DNA of 64,000 nucleotides from Candidatus Latescibacterota bacterium (GTDB lineage Bacteria; Latescibacterota; UBA2968), in assembly GCA_965222605.1 (NCBI GenBank), contig OZ244960.1:4320001-4384000 (forward strand). Reading direction: 5' to 3'. The notes under the pieces are model-generated. The model ran no database searches. It was not told the origin of the DNA and saw only the letters and a list, made by a program, of their open reading frames with translations. Numbering within the stretch: the stretch's first letter is position 1; each line of letters begins with the position of its first letter. A program made the position numbers and the translations under genes. This document shows positions 37,354 to 47,019 of this stretch, in pieces.

Positions 37354-40317
37354 TTAAAAACTCACCTTGATCCCAAAGAAGATATCCCTCGGAGGCAAGA
37401 AGGTCGCGCTTTCTGCGTTCGGCATCATGATATGGCTGTCCTCTCCCCCGATGGTCCCCATTCTGTCGTTCCCCACCGGATTTTCGTAGGCCGGAGATTC
37501 GGGCAGGTTCAAGGTTGTCATGTAGTCCTCTCTGTCGGAGGTGCTGACAAAACCCGCGTTCCCATTGAAGTATTTCTGGTTGAACAGATTCGTAATATCC
37601 ACAAACAGGCCGACATCTACTCCTCTCGCCACGAAGTCCTTGGATATTCGCGCGTTCCAGTTCGAGTAGTTTTCCCACTGGAGGTTGTTCTGGATACCTG
37701 GAATCTGGTTTGGATTGTAGGTGATCCAGCCCCCGGCTCTCCAGTTGTAGAAGAGGCTGAATCGAAATCTCTCCAGCGGCTTGAATCCGGCCACTTCTGG
37801 TCCGGAATCCGGCGGCACCAGGAGCATCACATTCGCCCGGAATGAGGGTCGAGCTTTAGGCCTGCTCTGGTATGGGTCCTGTAGGCCAAAAAGCCTGTGT
37901 TGAACCGGGTCCTCGTAGTAGTTCCGGCGCCCGATAAACCCACTGGTCAGGACCATATAGTTGTAGTTCGCCCATCCTGTGAACCACTGTCCCACGCTTT
38001 TATCCACTCTGATTTCGAAACCCCTGATGTCCGCGTAGTTGTTGTTTTCAACGGTGGTATAGACCACGCTTCCGTCCACATTGTTGTAGGTGACATTGCC
38101 AACCTGATCGGCGACATCCTTATAGTATCCGGCCAGATGAATGAGCACCATATTGAACAGATTGTGGTCGTACCCCAGTTCATAAGCGATGGTTCGTTCC
38201 CACTCCGTGCTCGGGTTGCCCAGATAGGCTATCTTGCCCGGAAAACTCCTCCGGACGCCGTAGTAATCCTCTGTTCTGGGTATGCTGTAGAAGTGACCGT
38301 AGTTGAAATAGATCTTCGAATTCACTGTGATGGGGTGCGATACGCCCAGCCGTGGGCTGAATTTGAGGTGGCTTTTGGCCGGCTCCGTGGGAACGACTTC
38401 CTCAAAGTCATCCTGGTATTTCGCCGTCAGGAATTTGGAATAGTGATCCACCGAATACCAGTCTGTGGCGGGCGTGGCATAATCCATACGAACCCCAATA
38501 TTCGCGATCATGCCCTCCACCTCCAGCTTGTCCTGGGCGTACGCGCTGAACCGTTTGGGGATCTTTTCGTACGTGTTTATCCAGGTGTAGGGTGTGATGC
38601 CCGGATTGTAGATGGCATTCCAGATCGCCAGGTCGTTATAGACGTAGTGAAATCCTGCTTTGGCCTGATTGTAACGGCCGATCTGGCTGGTGATATCCGC
38701 CCGGATATTCGTGGTCGTAATAATCGAGCTGTCACGAGCCGTCGAAAGATGCATGCCCATACGCATTCCGTCCTGGGCTTCAATTGAATCAAACCACAAA
38801 CCCAGCGGCGCTTCATCTACCATCATTGGACCGAACTGGTATTGCAGCGTGCGGTCTCTGATGGGCAGAGCAGTCGTACGGTACTCGGATTCCATCCGAT
38901 CTACCCTGAGGTTATAGAAAGTAGATCTGCCCAGGGTGTGTGTGAGTACGAAACCCAACGAGGTCCTCTTGAGACTGAACAGAGAAAACCTGGATGGTGT
39001 ATAGATCGTCGCGCCGCTATAGCTGGTCGCGTCCGCCAGCGTCTCGATGGCGTTGTCGTAATAGAGCCCTGTGTTACCGTCTGCGACCGACTCGATATTG
39101 CTGTATCCTCCGACAGCAGTGAGTTTCATTGACGGGATGATATTCAAAATTAGCTTCAGCGTCGAGTTGTCTTCTCGATGGCTATCCCTTGACATCGGAT
39201 AGGGATAGATATTGATATCCGTACGGTGTGATGCAAAGAAGCTCAGCTTTCTACTGGCGGGAATCAGCGGTCCGCCGATACTCGCGTCTCCAATATGGTC
39301 CGCTTTGTCCCCATCCTTCAAAGAGCGTGGTCCTCCTTCGGCGAATTTTCTGAACATAAACAGCTGCTGGGCTTCTTGGGGCGACATGTCATTTGAGGGA
39401 TCGTCATCTTCTGTATATCGCTTGGCTATCTCATTCCAGCCTACAAATTGCCTTTCCTGCAGTTGGGTTTCCTCGTCCCACTTGCCCGTACCTTCAAAGG
39501 CGACCTCAGGATCGAGAAAAGCCCGTAGATAGTAGTTATCCGCGCTATACCATGAGGGTCCGAAATGCTTTTTAGCAGGTGGGCTGTACCGATAATCAAC
39601 CGACCCGTGGTAACGGTCCTGGGCAGATTTTGTGATCACGTTGATCACACCCGATCTCACATTCCCGTATTCCGCATTGAACCCACCGGTGATAATCGAG
39701 ATCTCCTGTACGGTACTCAGGTTGAGGGAGGTCAGCGTGGGCCTGTTCACCCGTTCATCCACCATCAGGATGCCATCCACCACCATCGCGACCTGATTCT
39801 GCCCACCCCCTCGGACCACCATATTCTCGATTCCCGGCTGCGTGTTCAGGAACTGCTCGACCTTCACAACTGCAGGGATCTCCCTCACCTGCTCACCCTG
39901 GACAATTACCTCGCTGGCCGAAACGTCCATCTGGACCACTTCCCTTTCAGCCGTTACCGTGATCTCCCGCCCCACTATACTACTAACTTGCAATGAGAAA
40001 TTGACAGGAACCGTACGTCGTCCCTGCACCAGCACATCCGTTTTGCTCACAGTGGTGTATCCGACCATGGATACCCGGACCACATGCTTGCCCGGTGAAA
40101 CGTTCAGGATGTTGTAAACGCCTTCCACATCGGTGGAAGCTCCTAATGATGTACCTTCGATGATCACGTTCGCTCCCGGTAGGGGCTCTCCGGTCTCCTC
40201 GTCTGTGACGACACCGCGGACCTTACCTGTCTCTTGGGCTAACAGGTCTCCCTGCACGAGGAAGAGCGAAAGCGCAATGCTAAGTAGCGGTAGAAACCAT
40301 CTTCTTGTCCGTTCCAT
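37354..40317 (-). CDS. TonB-dependent receptor with N-terminal carboxypeptidase-regulatory-like domain (TBDR-2)
   Basis: GKVRGVV..GEPLPGANV; VRGG; ITGGFNAEYGNVRSGVINVITK; YAQDKLE; SPRLGVSHPI; terminal Phe. Confidence 0.93.
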   Translation of the reverse strand: MERTRRWFLPLLSIALSLFLVQGDLLAQETGKVRGVVTDEETGEPLPGANVIIEGTSLGASTDVEGVYNILNVSPGKHVVRVSMVGYTTVSKTDVLVQGRRTVPVNFSLQVSSIVGREITVTAEREVVQMDVSASEVIVQGEQVREIPAVVKVEQFLNTQPGIENMVVRGGGQNQVAMVVDGILMVDERVNRPTLTSLNLSTVQEISIITGGFNAEYGNVRSGVINVITKSAQDRYHGSVDYRYSPPAKKHFGPSWYSADNYYLRAFLDPEVAFEGTGKWDEETQLQERQFVGWNEIAKRYTEDDDPSNDMSPQEAQQLFMFRKFAEGGPRSLKDGDKADHIGDASIGGPLIPASRKLSFFASHRTDINIYPYPMSRDSHREDNSTLKLILNIIPSMKLTAVGGYSNIESVADGNTGLYYDNAIETLADATSYSGATIYTPSRFSLFSLKRTSLGFVLTHTLGRSTFYNLRVDRMESEYRTTALPIRDRTLQYQFGPMMVDEAPLGLWFDSIEAQDGMRMGMHLSTARDSSIITTTNIRADITSQIGRYNQAKAGFHYVYNDLAIWNAIYNPGITPYTWINTYEKIPKRFSAYAQDKLEVEGMIANIGVRMDYATPATDWYSVDHYSKFLTAKYQDDFEEVVPTEPAKSHLKFSPRLGVSHPITVNSKIYFNYGHFYSIPRTEDYYGVRRSFPGKIAYLGNPSTEWERTIAYELGYDHNLFNMVLIHLAGYYKDVADQVGNVTYNNVDGSVVYTTVENNNYADIRGFEIRVDKSVGQWFTGWANYNYMVLTSGFIGRRNYYEDPVQHRLFGLQDPYQSRPKARPSFRANVMLLVPPDSGPEVAGFKPLERFRFSLFYNWRAGGWITYNPNQIPGIQNNLQWENYSNWNARISKDFVARGVDVGLFVDITNLFNQKYFNGNAGFVSTSDREDYMTTLNLPESPAYENPVGNDRMGTIGGEDSHIMMPNAESATFLPPRDIFFGIKVSF

Positions 40318-40562
40318 ATTTCTCTCCTCTTTTTTTTAACCTGTGATACAACGTGTTAAATTTTATAGCATTTACACCTCCTTCCTACCGAAAGACCCGA
40401 TGAGGTATCTTCTAAACAGAACAAGGGGTCTATTCGGTTGGCAATTTTTGTTGCTGAAACTGTTTAAAAAAAGCAAAAAAATAAGTTTTTCTAAAAAAAA
40501 TAGTAGTCTTAATTTATTTTTTTAATTAGCAGATGTCAATATATTTCTCCCCGATGGGTAGC

Positions 40563-40590
40563 TTTATGGTGGGCAGTATCGGATTCGAAC
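40563..40590 (-). repeat. Degenerate third copy of the tRNA-Val 3' end (T-loop to CCA)
   Basis: tttatggtgggcagtatcggattcgaac matches 40634-40661 at 24 of 28 positions. Confidence 0.75.
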
Positions 40591-40628
40591 AAAAAAAAGG
40601 CCTACGATTTTCTCGTAAGCCTTTTTTA
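40591..40628 (-). terminator. Intrinsic terminator of tRNA-Val
   Basis: A-tract, GGCCTACGA-TTTTC-TCGTAAGCC, T-tract directly 3' of the tRNA. Confidence 0.8.
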
Positions 40629-40637
40629 TTAAGTTTA

Positions 40638-40714
40638 TGGTGGGCGATACTGGATTCGAACCAGTGACCTCCTGCTTGTAAGGCAGGCGCTCTAACCAGC
40701 TGAGCTAACCGCCC
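40638..40714 (-). tRNA. tRNA-Val (anticodon TAC)
   Basis: GGGCGGTTAGCTCAGCTGGTTAGAGCGCCTGCC-TTACAA-GCAGGAGGTCACTGGTTCGAATCCAGTATCGCCCACCA; 77 nt, cloverleaf, encoded CCA. Confidence 0.97.
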
Positions 40715-40744
40715 GGATAATGCTTTCGCATAAAACAAAATCTA

Positions 40745-41002
40745 TTACCCATCGGTTGATGGCTCGTCTTCTTTCTTGCCGCTGAGCAAGGCTATTGGGA
40801 TGAATACGCAGTAACCGAGCACGAGCAGCAGCGGGGCAAGCGTGAGCGACATAAAACCATCGACTGGCGGTAGGGAAAGAAAAACATAGCCGAGTGCAAT
40901 AGTGGCAAGACTCAGAGCAAAAAGCCACATATTCCGTTCCGAATAGGGCATTTTGGGCCGGCGTTTGGGTGTGCGGCGTTGTCGCGCTCGGCGAGGAGGC
41001 AT
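40745..41002 (-). CDS. Small two-TM membrane protein (DUF3098-like)
   Basis: Basic N-terminus, then two hydrophobic helices (ALGYVFLS..DGFMSLTLAPLLLVLGY). Confidence 0.65.
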   Translation of the reverse strand: MPPRRARQRRTPKRRPKMPYSERNMWLFALSLATIALGYVFLSLPPVDGFMSLTLAPLLLVLGYCVFIPIALLSGKKEDEPSTDG

Positions 41003-41012
41003 AATAGAATCC

Positions 41013-41360
41013 CTATCGATGTTCTGCAATGCGGGCAGCACGACCGCGCAGATTGCGCAGGTAATAAATTTTTGCTCGCCGCACTTTACCGCGGCGCAGC
41101 ACTTCAATTTTAGCTATGCGAGGTGTGTGCAGTGGAAAGATGCGCTCTACCCCAACACCACCCGTGCTAATTTTGCGAACTGTAAATGTCGCGTGAATGC
41201 CCGCTCCCCGGCGCTGAATGATCACACCCTCAAAAAGCTGGATGCGTTCTTTTTCACCTTCTACCACGCGCACATGCACGCGCACAGTATCCCCGGCTCC
41301 AAATTTGGGTATATCGTCGCGTAGCTGCGCTTCGGAAACAGATTTCAAAATGGCATCCAT
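41013..41360 (-). CDS. rplS: 50S ribosomal protein L19
   Basis: [39 protein letters not shown]. Confidence 0.98.
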   Translation of the reverse strand: MDAILKSVSEAQLRDDIPKFGAGDTVRVHVRVVEGEKERIQLFEGVIIQRRGAGIHATFTVRKISTGGVGVERIFPLHTPRIAKIEVLRRGKVRRAKIYYLRNLRGRAARIAEHR

Positions 41361-41403
41361 GATTTACAAACTCCTGAAAAAATGAAAAGACAAACAAAGT
41401 TGG

Positions 41404-42072
41404 TTATTCCAACAAATCGGGGCGTCGCTCAAGCGTGCGTTGCCGGGCGTTGTCTCGCCGCCATTGGGAGACTTTTTTGTGATCTCCACTGAGCAATGCC
41501 TCTGGCACAGTTAAGCCTTCAAACTCTTGAGGGCGCGTGTACCACGCACAATCCAACAGACGATTTTGAAACGAGTCTTCAAGTGCTGACTCGGCATTGC
41601 CAATGGCACCGGGAATCAACCGGATCAACGCATCGATCAAAATGAGGGCGGGCAATTCGCCGCCGCTGAGCACATAATCGCCAATCGAAATTTCATCATC
41701 GATATAGTTTTCGCGGACGCGCTCATCAATGCCGCGATAGTGACCGCACAACAACACCAGATGATCCGACAAAGACAACTCATTGGCCACAGATTGCGTA
41801 AATTGCCGTCCCTCAGGTGTGAGAAAAATCACGCGACCACCTGCGGGGAGTGCTTCTATCGCGCGTGCAATGGGTTCGGGTTTGAAGATCATCCCCGCGC
41901 CACCGCCGTAGGGCGTATCGTCGATTGTTTTGTGTTTGTCGTCTGCGTGGTCTCGAAGGTCGTGCGCCAAAACGTCGATCAATCCCGCAGCAATGGCGCG
42001 TCGCGGAATACTGTACTGCAGCACATCCCGAATCAAATCGGGAAAAATTGTGATCACGTCTATTCGCATCAC
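41404..42072 (-). CDS. trmD: tRNA (guanine37-N1)-methyltransferase
   Basis: DDTPYGGGAGM, LCGHYRGIDER, SIGDYVLSGGELPA; canonical operon position. Confidence 0.97.
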   Translation of the reverse strand: MMRIDVITIFPDLIRDVLQYSIPRRAIAAGLIDVLAHDLRDHADDKHKTIDDTPYGGGAGMIFKPEPIARAIEALPAGGRVIFLTPEGRQFTQSVANELSLSDHLVLLCGHYRGIDERVRENYIDDEISIGDYVLSGGELPALILIDALIRLIPGAIGNAESALEDSFQNRLLDCAWYTRPQEFEGLTVPEALLSGDHKKVSQWRRDNARQRTLERRPDLLE

Positions 42073-42081
42073 AGATATGTC

Positions 42082-42615
42082 CTACAAAAGTCCCTCGATT
42101 TCCTGTACGACAATTTTGCCGGCTTTTTGATCCACGCGAACAATCTCGCGCACGGCTGGGATCAATACGTCTTCGCCATTGCGATCCACCACATACACAT
42201 CGTTGGCCGGATACGACAAGACTTCTACGACATGTCCCACCATTGCGCCCGATGCTGTTTCAACTGGCAGTCCCTCGAGTTCAAAAACGTAAAACGAGTC
42301 GGCGGGCAAGGGATACACGGCATCGCGAGGTACTAAAATAAAGTGCTCGCGCAATCGCCCCACATGCTCAGGGGTGTTGATGTCTTGAAATTTGATTGCC
42401 AGGCGAGAACCATAAGCGCGTACATAAGCGACATTCAATGTAGAATATGTACCATCGGGTGCTTCAACGCGCATAGAATCCAAATCGTCAAACCGTTGCG
42501 GGAAATCGGTCAGCGGCAACAAAAAAGCTTCACCCCGAATGCCTCGGGGTTTCATAATTTTGCCAACCGTGACAAAGCCTGTGCTGGAGTGGTTTAATTC
42601 AGTATCCGGCTCCAA
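42082..42615 (-). CDS. rimM: 16S rRNA processing protein RimM
   Basis: VGKI.KPRGIRGE, ANDVYVV, LIPAV; between rpsP and trmD. Confidence 0.93.
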   Translation of the reverse strand: MEPDTELNHSSTGFVTVGKIMKPRGIRGEAFLLPLTDFPQRFDDLDSMRVEAPDGTYSTLNVAYVRAYGSRLAIKFQDINTPEHVGRLREHFILVPRDAVYPLPADSFYVFELEGLPVETASGAMVGHVVEVLSYPANDVYVVDRNGEDVLIPAVREIVRVDQKAGKIVVQEIEGLL

Positions 42616-42618
42616 GAC

Positions 42619-42918
42619 TCATTCCTCAGATGAGGCGTCTGACTCAGCATCCGCAGGTTGTGCGTCCTGATCCTGATTTTTTAGCAGACCCTTTTGGCGA
42701 AATAAACTGCGTACCGTATCGGAGGGCTGTGCGCCCACGCCCAACCAATATCTCACGCGATCTTCTTTCAACTCGATAATCTGGGGATTTTTTGTCGGAT
42801 TATAATGCCCCAAAACCTCGATGAACCGACCATCGCGAGGTGAGGTGGTATCGGCCGCTACCACGCGGTAGAACGGTGCTTTTTTTGCGCCCATACGACG
42901 TAAGCGAAGTCGAACCAA
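42619..42918 (-). CDS. rpsP: 30S ribosomal protein S16
   Basis: [41 protein letters not shown]. Confidence 0.98.
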   Translation of the reverse strand: MVRLRLRRMGAKKAPFYRVVAADTTSPRDGRFIEVLGHYNPTKNPQIIELKEDRVRYWLGVGAQPSDTVRSLFRQKGLLKNQDQDAQPADAESDASSEE

Positions 42919-42934
42919 ATCAAACTCCTTTGTG

Positions 42935-44260
42935 TTATCCGAACATCGGAATTGCCATTTTGCCCTGTTTTTCTATACGGGACATGCGTTTCATCATTTT
43001 TTGCATCATGTTGAATTGTTTGAGCAATTTGTTGACATCTTGAATGCTGCGCCCGCTGCCGTTTGCAATGCGTTTGCGCCTGCTGCCATTAATAATATGC
43101 GGTTTGTCGCGCTCTGCGGGTGTCATTGAATAGATGATTGCCTCAATATGCGAGAAGGTCTTTTCATCTACCTGCAAATCCGGCATGGACTTGCTCACCC
43201 CGGGAATCATTTTCATCAGTTGATCTAAGGGACCCATCTGCCTAATTTGCGCCATTTGCTCGAGAAAATCGTCAAATGTGAATGATGCCGAGCGAAGCTT
43301 TTGTTCGACTTTTCTCGCCTGTTCAGTGTCAATGGTCGCCTGTGCTTTTTCCACCAGCGTAACCACATCGCCCATGCCCAAAATGCGAGAGGCCATGCGA
43401 TCGGGATGAAATACTTCCAGGCCATCGATTTTCTCGCTGACGCCGATGTATTTAATCGGAACGCCCGCAACCTCGCGGATGGATAAAGCCGCGCCGCCGC
43501 GGGTGTCACTGTCCATACGCGTGAGTATCACACCCGAAAATTTGAGTTTTTCGTAAAAGGCCGAGGCTGACGACACCGCATCTTGCCCGGTCATGGCGTC
43601 GCACACAAACAGAATTTCTGAGGGCGATACGGCCTCGCGGATGCGAAATACCTCATCCATGCGCTCGTCATCAACGTGTAGCCGACCCGCCGTATCGAGA
43701 ATCACCACATCGCAATTTTCATTTTGCGCCCGATCCACCGCCTGTATGCAAATATCGACCGGATCGGTGCCTTCTAGTGCCCGATGCACGGGCACGCCCA
43801 CTTGCTCGCCGAGTACGCAAAGTTGATCAATTGCCGCGGGACGATAAATATCAGCCGCCACGAGTAAGGTTTTTTTATTTTCCGATATCAACAATCGGGC
43901 CAATTTTGCTGCGGCTGTCGTTTTACCCGCTCCTTGAAGCCCGATCATCATTATTGCTGAGGGCGGCGATTCCGCAAATTGCAAGGCGGCATTTTGATTG
44001 CCCATCAACGCGATCAATTCGTCGTGGACAACTTTTACAACTTGCTGCCCGGGCGTGATGCTTTTGAGCACTTCCCGCCCTATGGCGCGTTCTTTGACCC
44101 GCGCTATAAACGAGCGGGCAACTTTGTAGTTGACGTCTGCCTCGAGCAAGGCCCGGCGCACCTCTCGCATGGCGTCGTCGATGTTCGACTCGTTCAATCG
44201 ACCGCGGCTGCGAAGTTGCTTAAAAACGCCATTGAGGCGTTCTGTCAACATTTCAAACAT
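42935..44260 (-). CDS. ffh: Signal recognition particle protein
   Basis: [45 protein letters not shown]-domain; start ATG 44260. Confidence 0.97.
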   Translation of the reverse strand: MFEMLTERLNGVFKQLRSRGRLNESNIDDAMREVRRALLEADVNYKVARSFIARVKERAIGREVLKSITPGQQVVKVVHDELIALMGNQNAALQFAESPPSAIMMIGLQGAGKTTAAAKLARLLISENKKTLLVAADIYRPAAIDQLCVLGEQVGVPVHRALEGTDPVDICIQAVDRAQNENCDVVILDTAGRLHVDDERMDEVFRIREAVSPSEILFVCDAMTGQDAVSSASAFYEKLKFSGVILTRMDSDTRGGAALSIREVAGVPIKYIGVSEKIDGLEVFHPDRMASRILGMGDVVTLVEKAQATIDTEQARKVEQKLRSASFTFDDFLEQMAQIRQMGPLDQLMKMIPGVSKSMPDLQVDEKTFSHIEAIIYSMTPAERDKPHIINGSRRKRIANGSGRSIQDVNKLLKQFNMMQKMMKRMSRIEKQGKMAIPMFG

Positions 44261-44353
44261 AAAAAGACCTGAAAAATAACGGGGCAAGAAAGAGAAATAT
44301 AGAAGATTCGCCAATTTTATGCAAGAAATAAGCTGACGAAAAATCCGCAGCAA

Positions 44354-45010
44354 CTATCCCATTGCCGCCTGACGAATGGCCTGTACGTTTTTTTCAATAG
44401 CCCCGTCGCGAAATACTGCCGAACCTGCTACGAGCACTTGTACGCCAGCTTCGACCACCTGACGAGCGTTTTCCACATCAATGCCACCGTCAATTTCTAT
44501 TTCGACATCCAATTCCTGTCGCACAATTTCGGCTTTTAATGCCCGCGCCCGATCGAGAGACGCCGGCATAAACGACTGGCCGCCAAAGCCCGGTTCGACC
44601 GACATGATGAGTGCGAGGTCCAATTTGGGTAGCAGCGGGAATAACGCCTTGATCCCCGTGCCCGGGCGCAAGGTAGCACCGGCTTTCATATTGGCTTTGC
44701 GGATGCGATCCAACAGTGCGGGGACATCTTCTTTGACTTCGACATGAACGGTTAAAATATCTGTGCCTGCATCGGCAAAATCTTTCAGATATTTACCGGG
44801 TTCAGAAATCATGAGATGCACGTCCAGCACCAGATCTGTTGTTTTGCGAATGGCTTCAACAACCAGCGCACCGAATGTAATATTGGGCACAAAATGTCCG
44901 TCCATAATATCCAGATGAATATATTCGGCACCGGCCTCTTCAACCAGACGCACCTGATTTTCGAGCGTGCGGAAATCGGCAGAGAGAAATGATGGGGCGA
45001 TTTTTATCAT
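44354..45010 (-). CDS. rpe: Ribulose-phosphate 3-epimerase
   Basis: IAPSFLSADF, HLDIMDGHFVPN, DVHLM, MSVEPGFGGQ, IDGG. Confidence 0.96.
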   Translation of the reverse strand: MIKIAPSFLSADFRTLENQVRLVEEAGAEYIHLDIMDGHFVPNITFGALVVEAIRKTTDLVLDVHLMISEPGKYLKDFADAGTDILTVHVEVKEDVPALLDRIRKANMKAGATLRPGTGIKALFPLLPKLDLALIMSVEPGFGGQSFMPASLDRARALKAEIVRQELDVEIEIDGGIDVENARQVVEAGVQVLVAGSAVFRDGAIEKNVQAIRQAAMG

Positions 45011-45032
45011 TTTAACCTCAAATAAAACTTTC

Positions 45033-45773
45033 TCACAACTTACTCACAATCAATTGCACGGGAGACCCGCGTTTTATTGACGTGCCCGATTCTGGCTCCT
45101 GGCGGATTACGACATCGGGTTCATAAGCGGTGCTAAATTCGTATCGGATATTATTGGGCTGCAAACCGAGCGACAATAACAAACGCCGGGCTTCGTCTAA
45201 TTTTAGCTCGGTAACCCGGGGCATATTGACAAGCGCGCGAGGAGGTCCCGTGCTCACAATCAGTTCGACCTGCGTCCCCGGGACGACTTGCTCGCCAGCT
45301 TTGGGCGTGTGATCGATAATATTGCCCTCTTTTATTTCTGAAGATGACATTTCGGTGACTTTGCCGATGGTCAAATCTGCCTGTGCAATCCACAACTGAG
45401 CCTGTCGCAAAGGGCGGTCGCGGAGATCGGGTACGGCGTGGAGACGCTGTCCCAGACTCGGCGCGACATAGACCGTGCGATTGGGTTTTACGTGCGAGAG
45501 GGCAGACGGATTTTGCCACACAATTTGTCCTGCAGGCACAGAAGCATCCCAGCGCGGTTCTCGTTCTTTCATGCGCAGGCTCTTGTCTTGCAATCGCGCC
45601 TGTGCCTGTGAGGGGGTAAGTCCGATAAGATCGGGAACAGCGACTTCTACACCTTGCCGCACATAGATCGGCATTGCAATTTGATCGACTACAATTAATC
45701 CGATTATTGCCGTAAATATGGCGCACACACCAAAAAGAGCAATTTCGCGCAAAGTTTTCAAAGCCAAATTCAT
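45033..45773 (-). CDS. PASTA-domain membrane protein (three PASTA repeats)
   Basis: N-terminal TM; VPDLIG, VPDLRD and MPRVTE repeats with Q.P..G segments. Confidence 0.88.
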   Translation of the reverse strand: MNLALKTLREIALFGVCAIFTAIIGLIVVDQIAMPIYVRQGVEVAVPDLIGLTPSQAQARLQDKSLRMKEREPRWDASVPAGQIVWQNPSALSHVKPNRTVYVAPSLGQRLHAVPDLRDRPLRQAQLWIAQADLTIGKVTEMSSSEIKEGNIIDHTPKAGEQVVPGTQVELIVSTGPPRALVNMPRVTELKLDEARRLLLSLGLQPNNIRYEFSTAYEPDVVIRQEPESGTSIKRGSPVQLIVSKL

Positions 45774-45842
45774 GCATGCCTCCAAATTCCAAAATAGCTG
45801 AAGGCCCAAATCCTGTCAAGCACGAACCCTTGAAACAGAGAG

Positions 45843-46682
45843 TTAATACTCAAAGATCACCGAAGCGCGATGCGTGATCCCCAGTACTGTATGCCATACT
45901 GCGGCATAATCAATCGCAAAGCCACTTTTTCGCACGCCAAATCCCGCGCTCAATCGTTCCGGGCGGCTACCTGCACCTGTGCGTAGCACCAGTTGGGGGC
46001 GGATATGATATATTACTCCAATGCCCGCACCTGTGGGAAAATTCGCTTCTTTCTGTATATCTGCCACCAACATGACCCGCGGCATGACGGCAATACCCAT
46101 CCCCACAGTGCCTCCCTGTCCCAAAAGAGATGTGTGCCTGCCACCTGCATTCCAGACTGTTGCGCCGAGAAAGACGCCTTTGCGCAACTGCAATCTTATT
46201 CCCGCATCGAATACCACCCAGTGTTGTGTGGGCATTCCCGCTGTGCTTAGTTGCAAGGCGCGTATGCCGAATCCCAGGCTCGCCTGTTGAAATACGCGCA
46301 GTCCATAAATGAGACCAAATATCTGCTCTTTGTAGAGCGCGAATCCAAATCCCGTATATCTCGCGCCCAGGCCATGGCGGCCAATCCGCAGGCCAGCACT
46401 GAACGCATGTGTTGCCAGTTCGGCTATTCCGAAGGGCCGGTCATACGTGCCAAACAAGCTCAATCGCTTGCCCCATGCCAATGCTGCGGGATTCCAAAAT
46501 GCGCCTGCGGCACCGGCTGCCAATGCCACGCCTGCATCGCCAGTACCTGAGGTATGTGCTCCAATGGGTTGAAATTCAAAGGCTGCGTGAGCAGATGAAG
46601 GGAAGAGTGCGAAAAGTGCAAGAGCAATCCACTTGGTTCGCAGGCTGCGGAAAAGCGGGCTGAGAAACAGTTGATCTGGCAT
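45843..46682 (-). CDS. Short PorV/PorQ-like outer-membrane protein (PorV-like 3)
   Basis: Signal AHA|A; GAFWNPAAL; LRTG; IDYA; C-terminal aromatic residue. Confidence 0.7.
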   Translation of the reverse strand: MPDQLFLSPLFRSLRTKWIALALFALFPSSAHAAFEFQPIGAHTSGTGDAGVALAAGAAGAFWNPAALAWGKRLSLFGTYDRPFGIAELATHAFSAGLRIGRHGLGARYTGFGFALYKEQIFGLIYGLRVFQQASLGFGIRALQLSTAGMPTQHWVVFDAGIRLQLRKGVFLGATVWNAGGRHTSLLGQGGTVGMGIAVMPRVMLVADIQKEANFPTGAGIGVIYHIRPQLVLRTGAGSRPERLSAGFGVRKSGFAIDYAAVWHTVLGITHRASVIFEY

Positions 46683-47019
46683 GGGAGACCACGTATGGAA
46701 TGGGTTAGAGGATGCGTATTTTCGCAATTTATTTGCAAATACCCTGCCAGACTTATGGTTTAACCCATTTTCTTTTAACCTGTTGATATTACACACCAAA
46801 ATCTATTGATTATCGGTAAGTGCATGCGGGCAACTGTCGGCAACTATGCGACAGAATATTTCAACCTGTCGCTCGTTATTAGACAAAAAATTTTCTTTCT
46901 CGCAGGAGTCATACGCGATGTTGTGGAGGAATCCTTTTCCGGCTTGCCATTGATTGACACTTGCAGATTTGCAACGTATTTTGTAGAAGGACATAATGAA
47001 TTTTGAAGGAAATAGCAGC

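Larger units (their letters stand above)
26568..40633. mobile_element. ~14-kb genomic island integrated at tRNA-Val(TAC), no integrase retained
   Basis: Bounded by the intact tRNA and its 3'-end duplicate; all cargo is on the minus strand; no tyrosine or serine recombinase ORF inside. Confidence 0.75.

Noticed and set aside
40526-40738. 70-aa ORF across the tRNA
   Set aside because: Translation of the tRNA-Val gene and its terminator.
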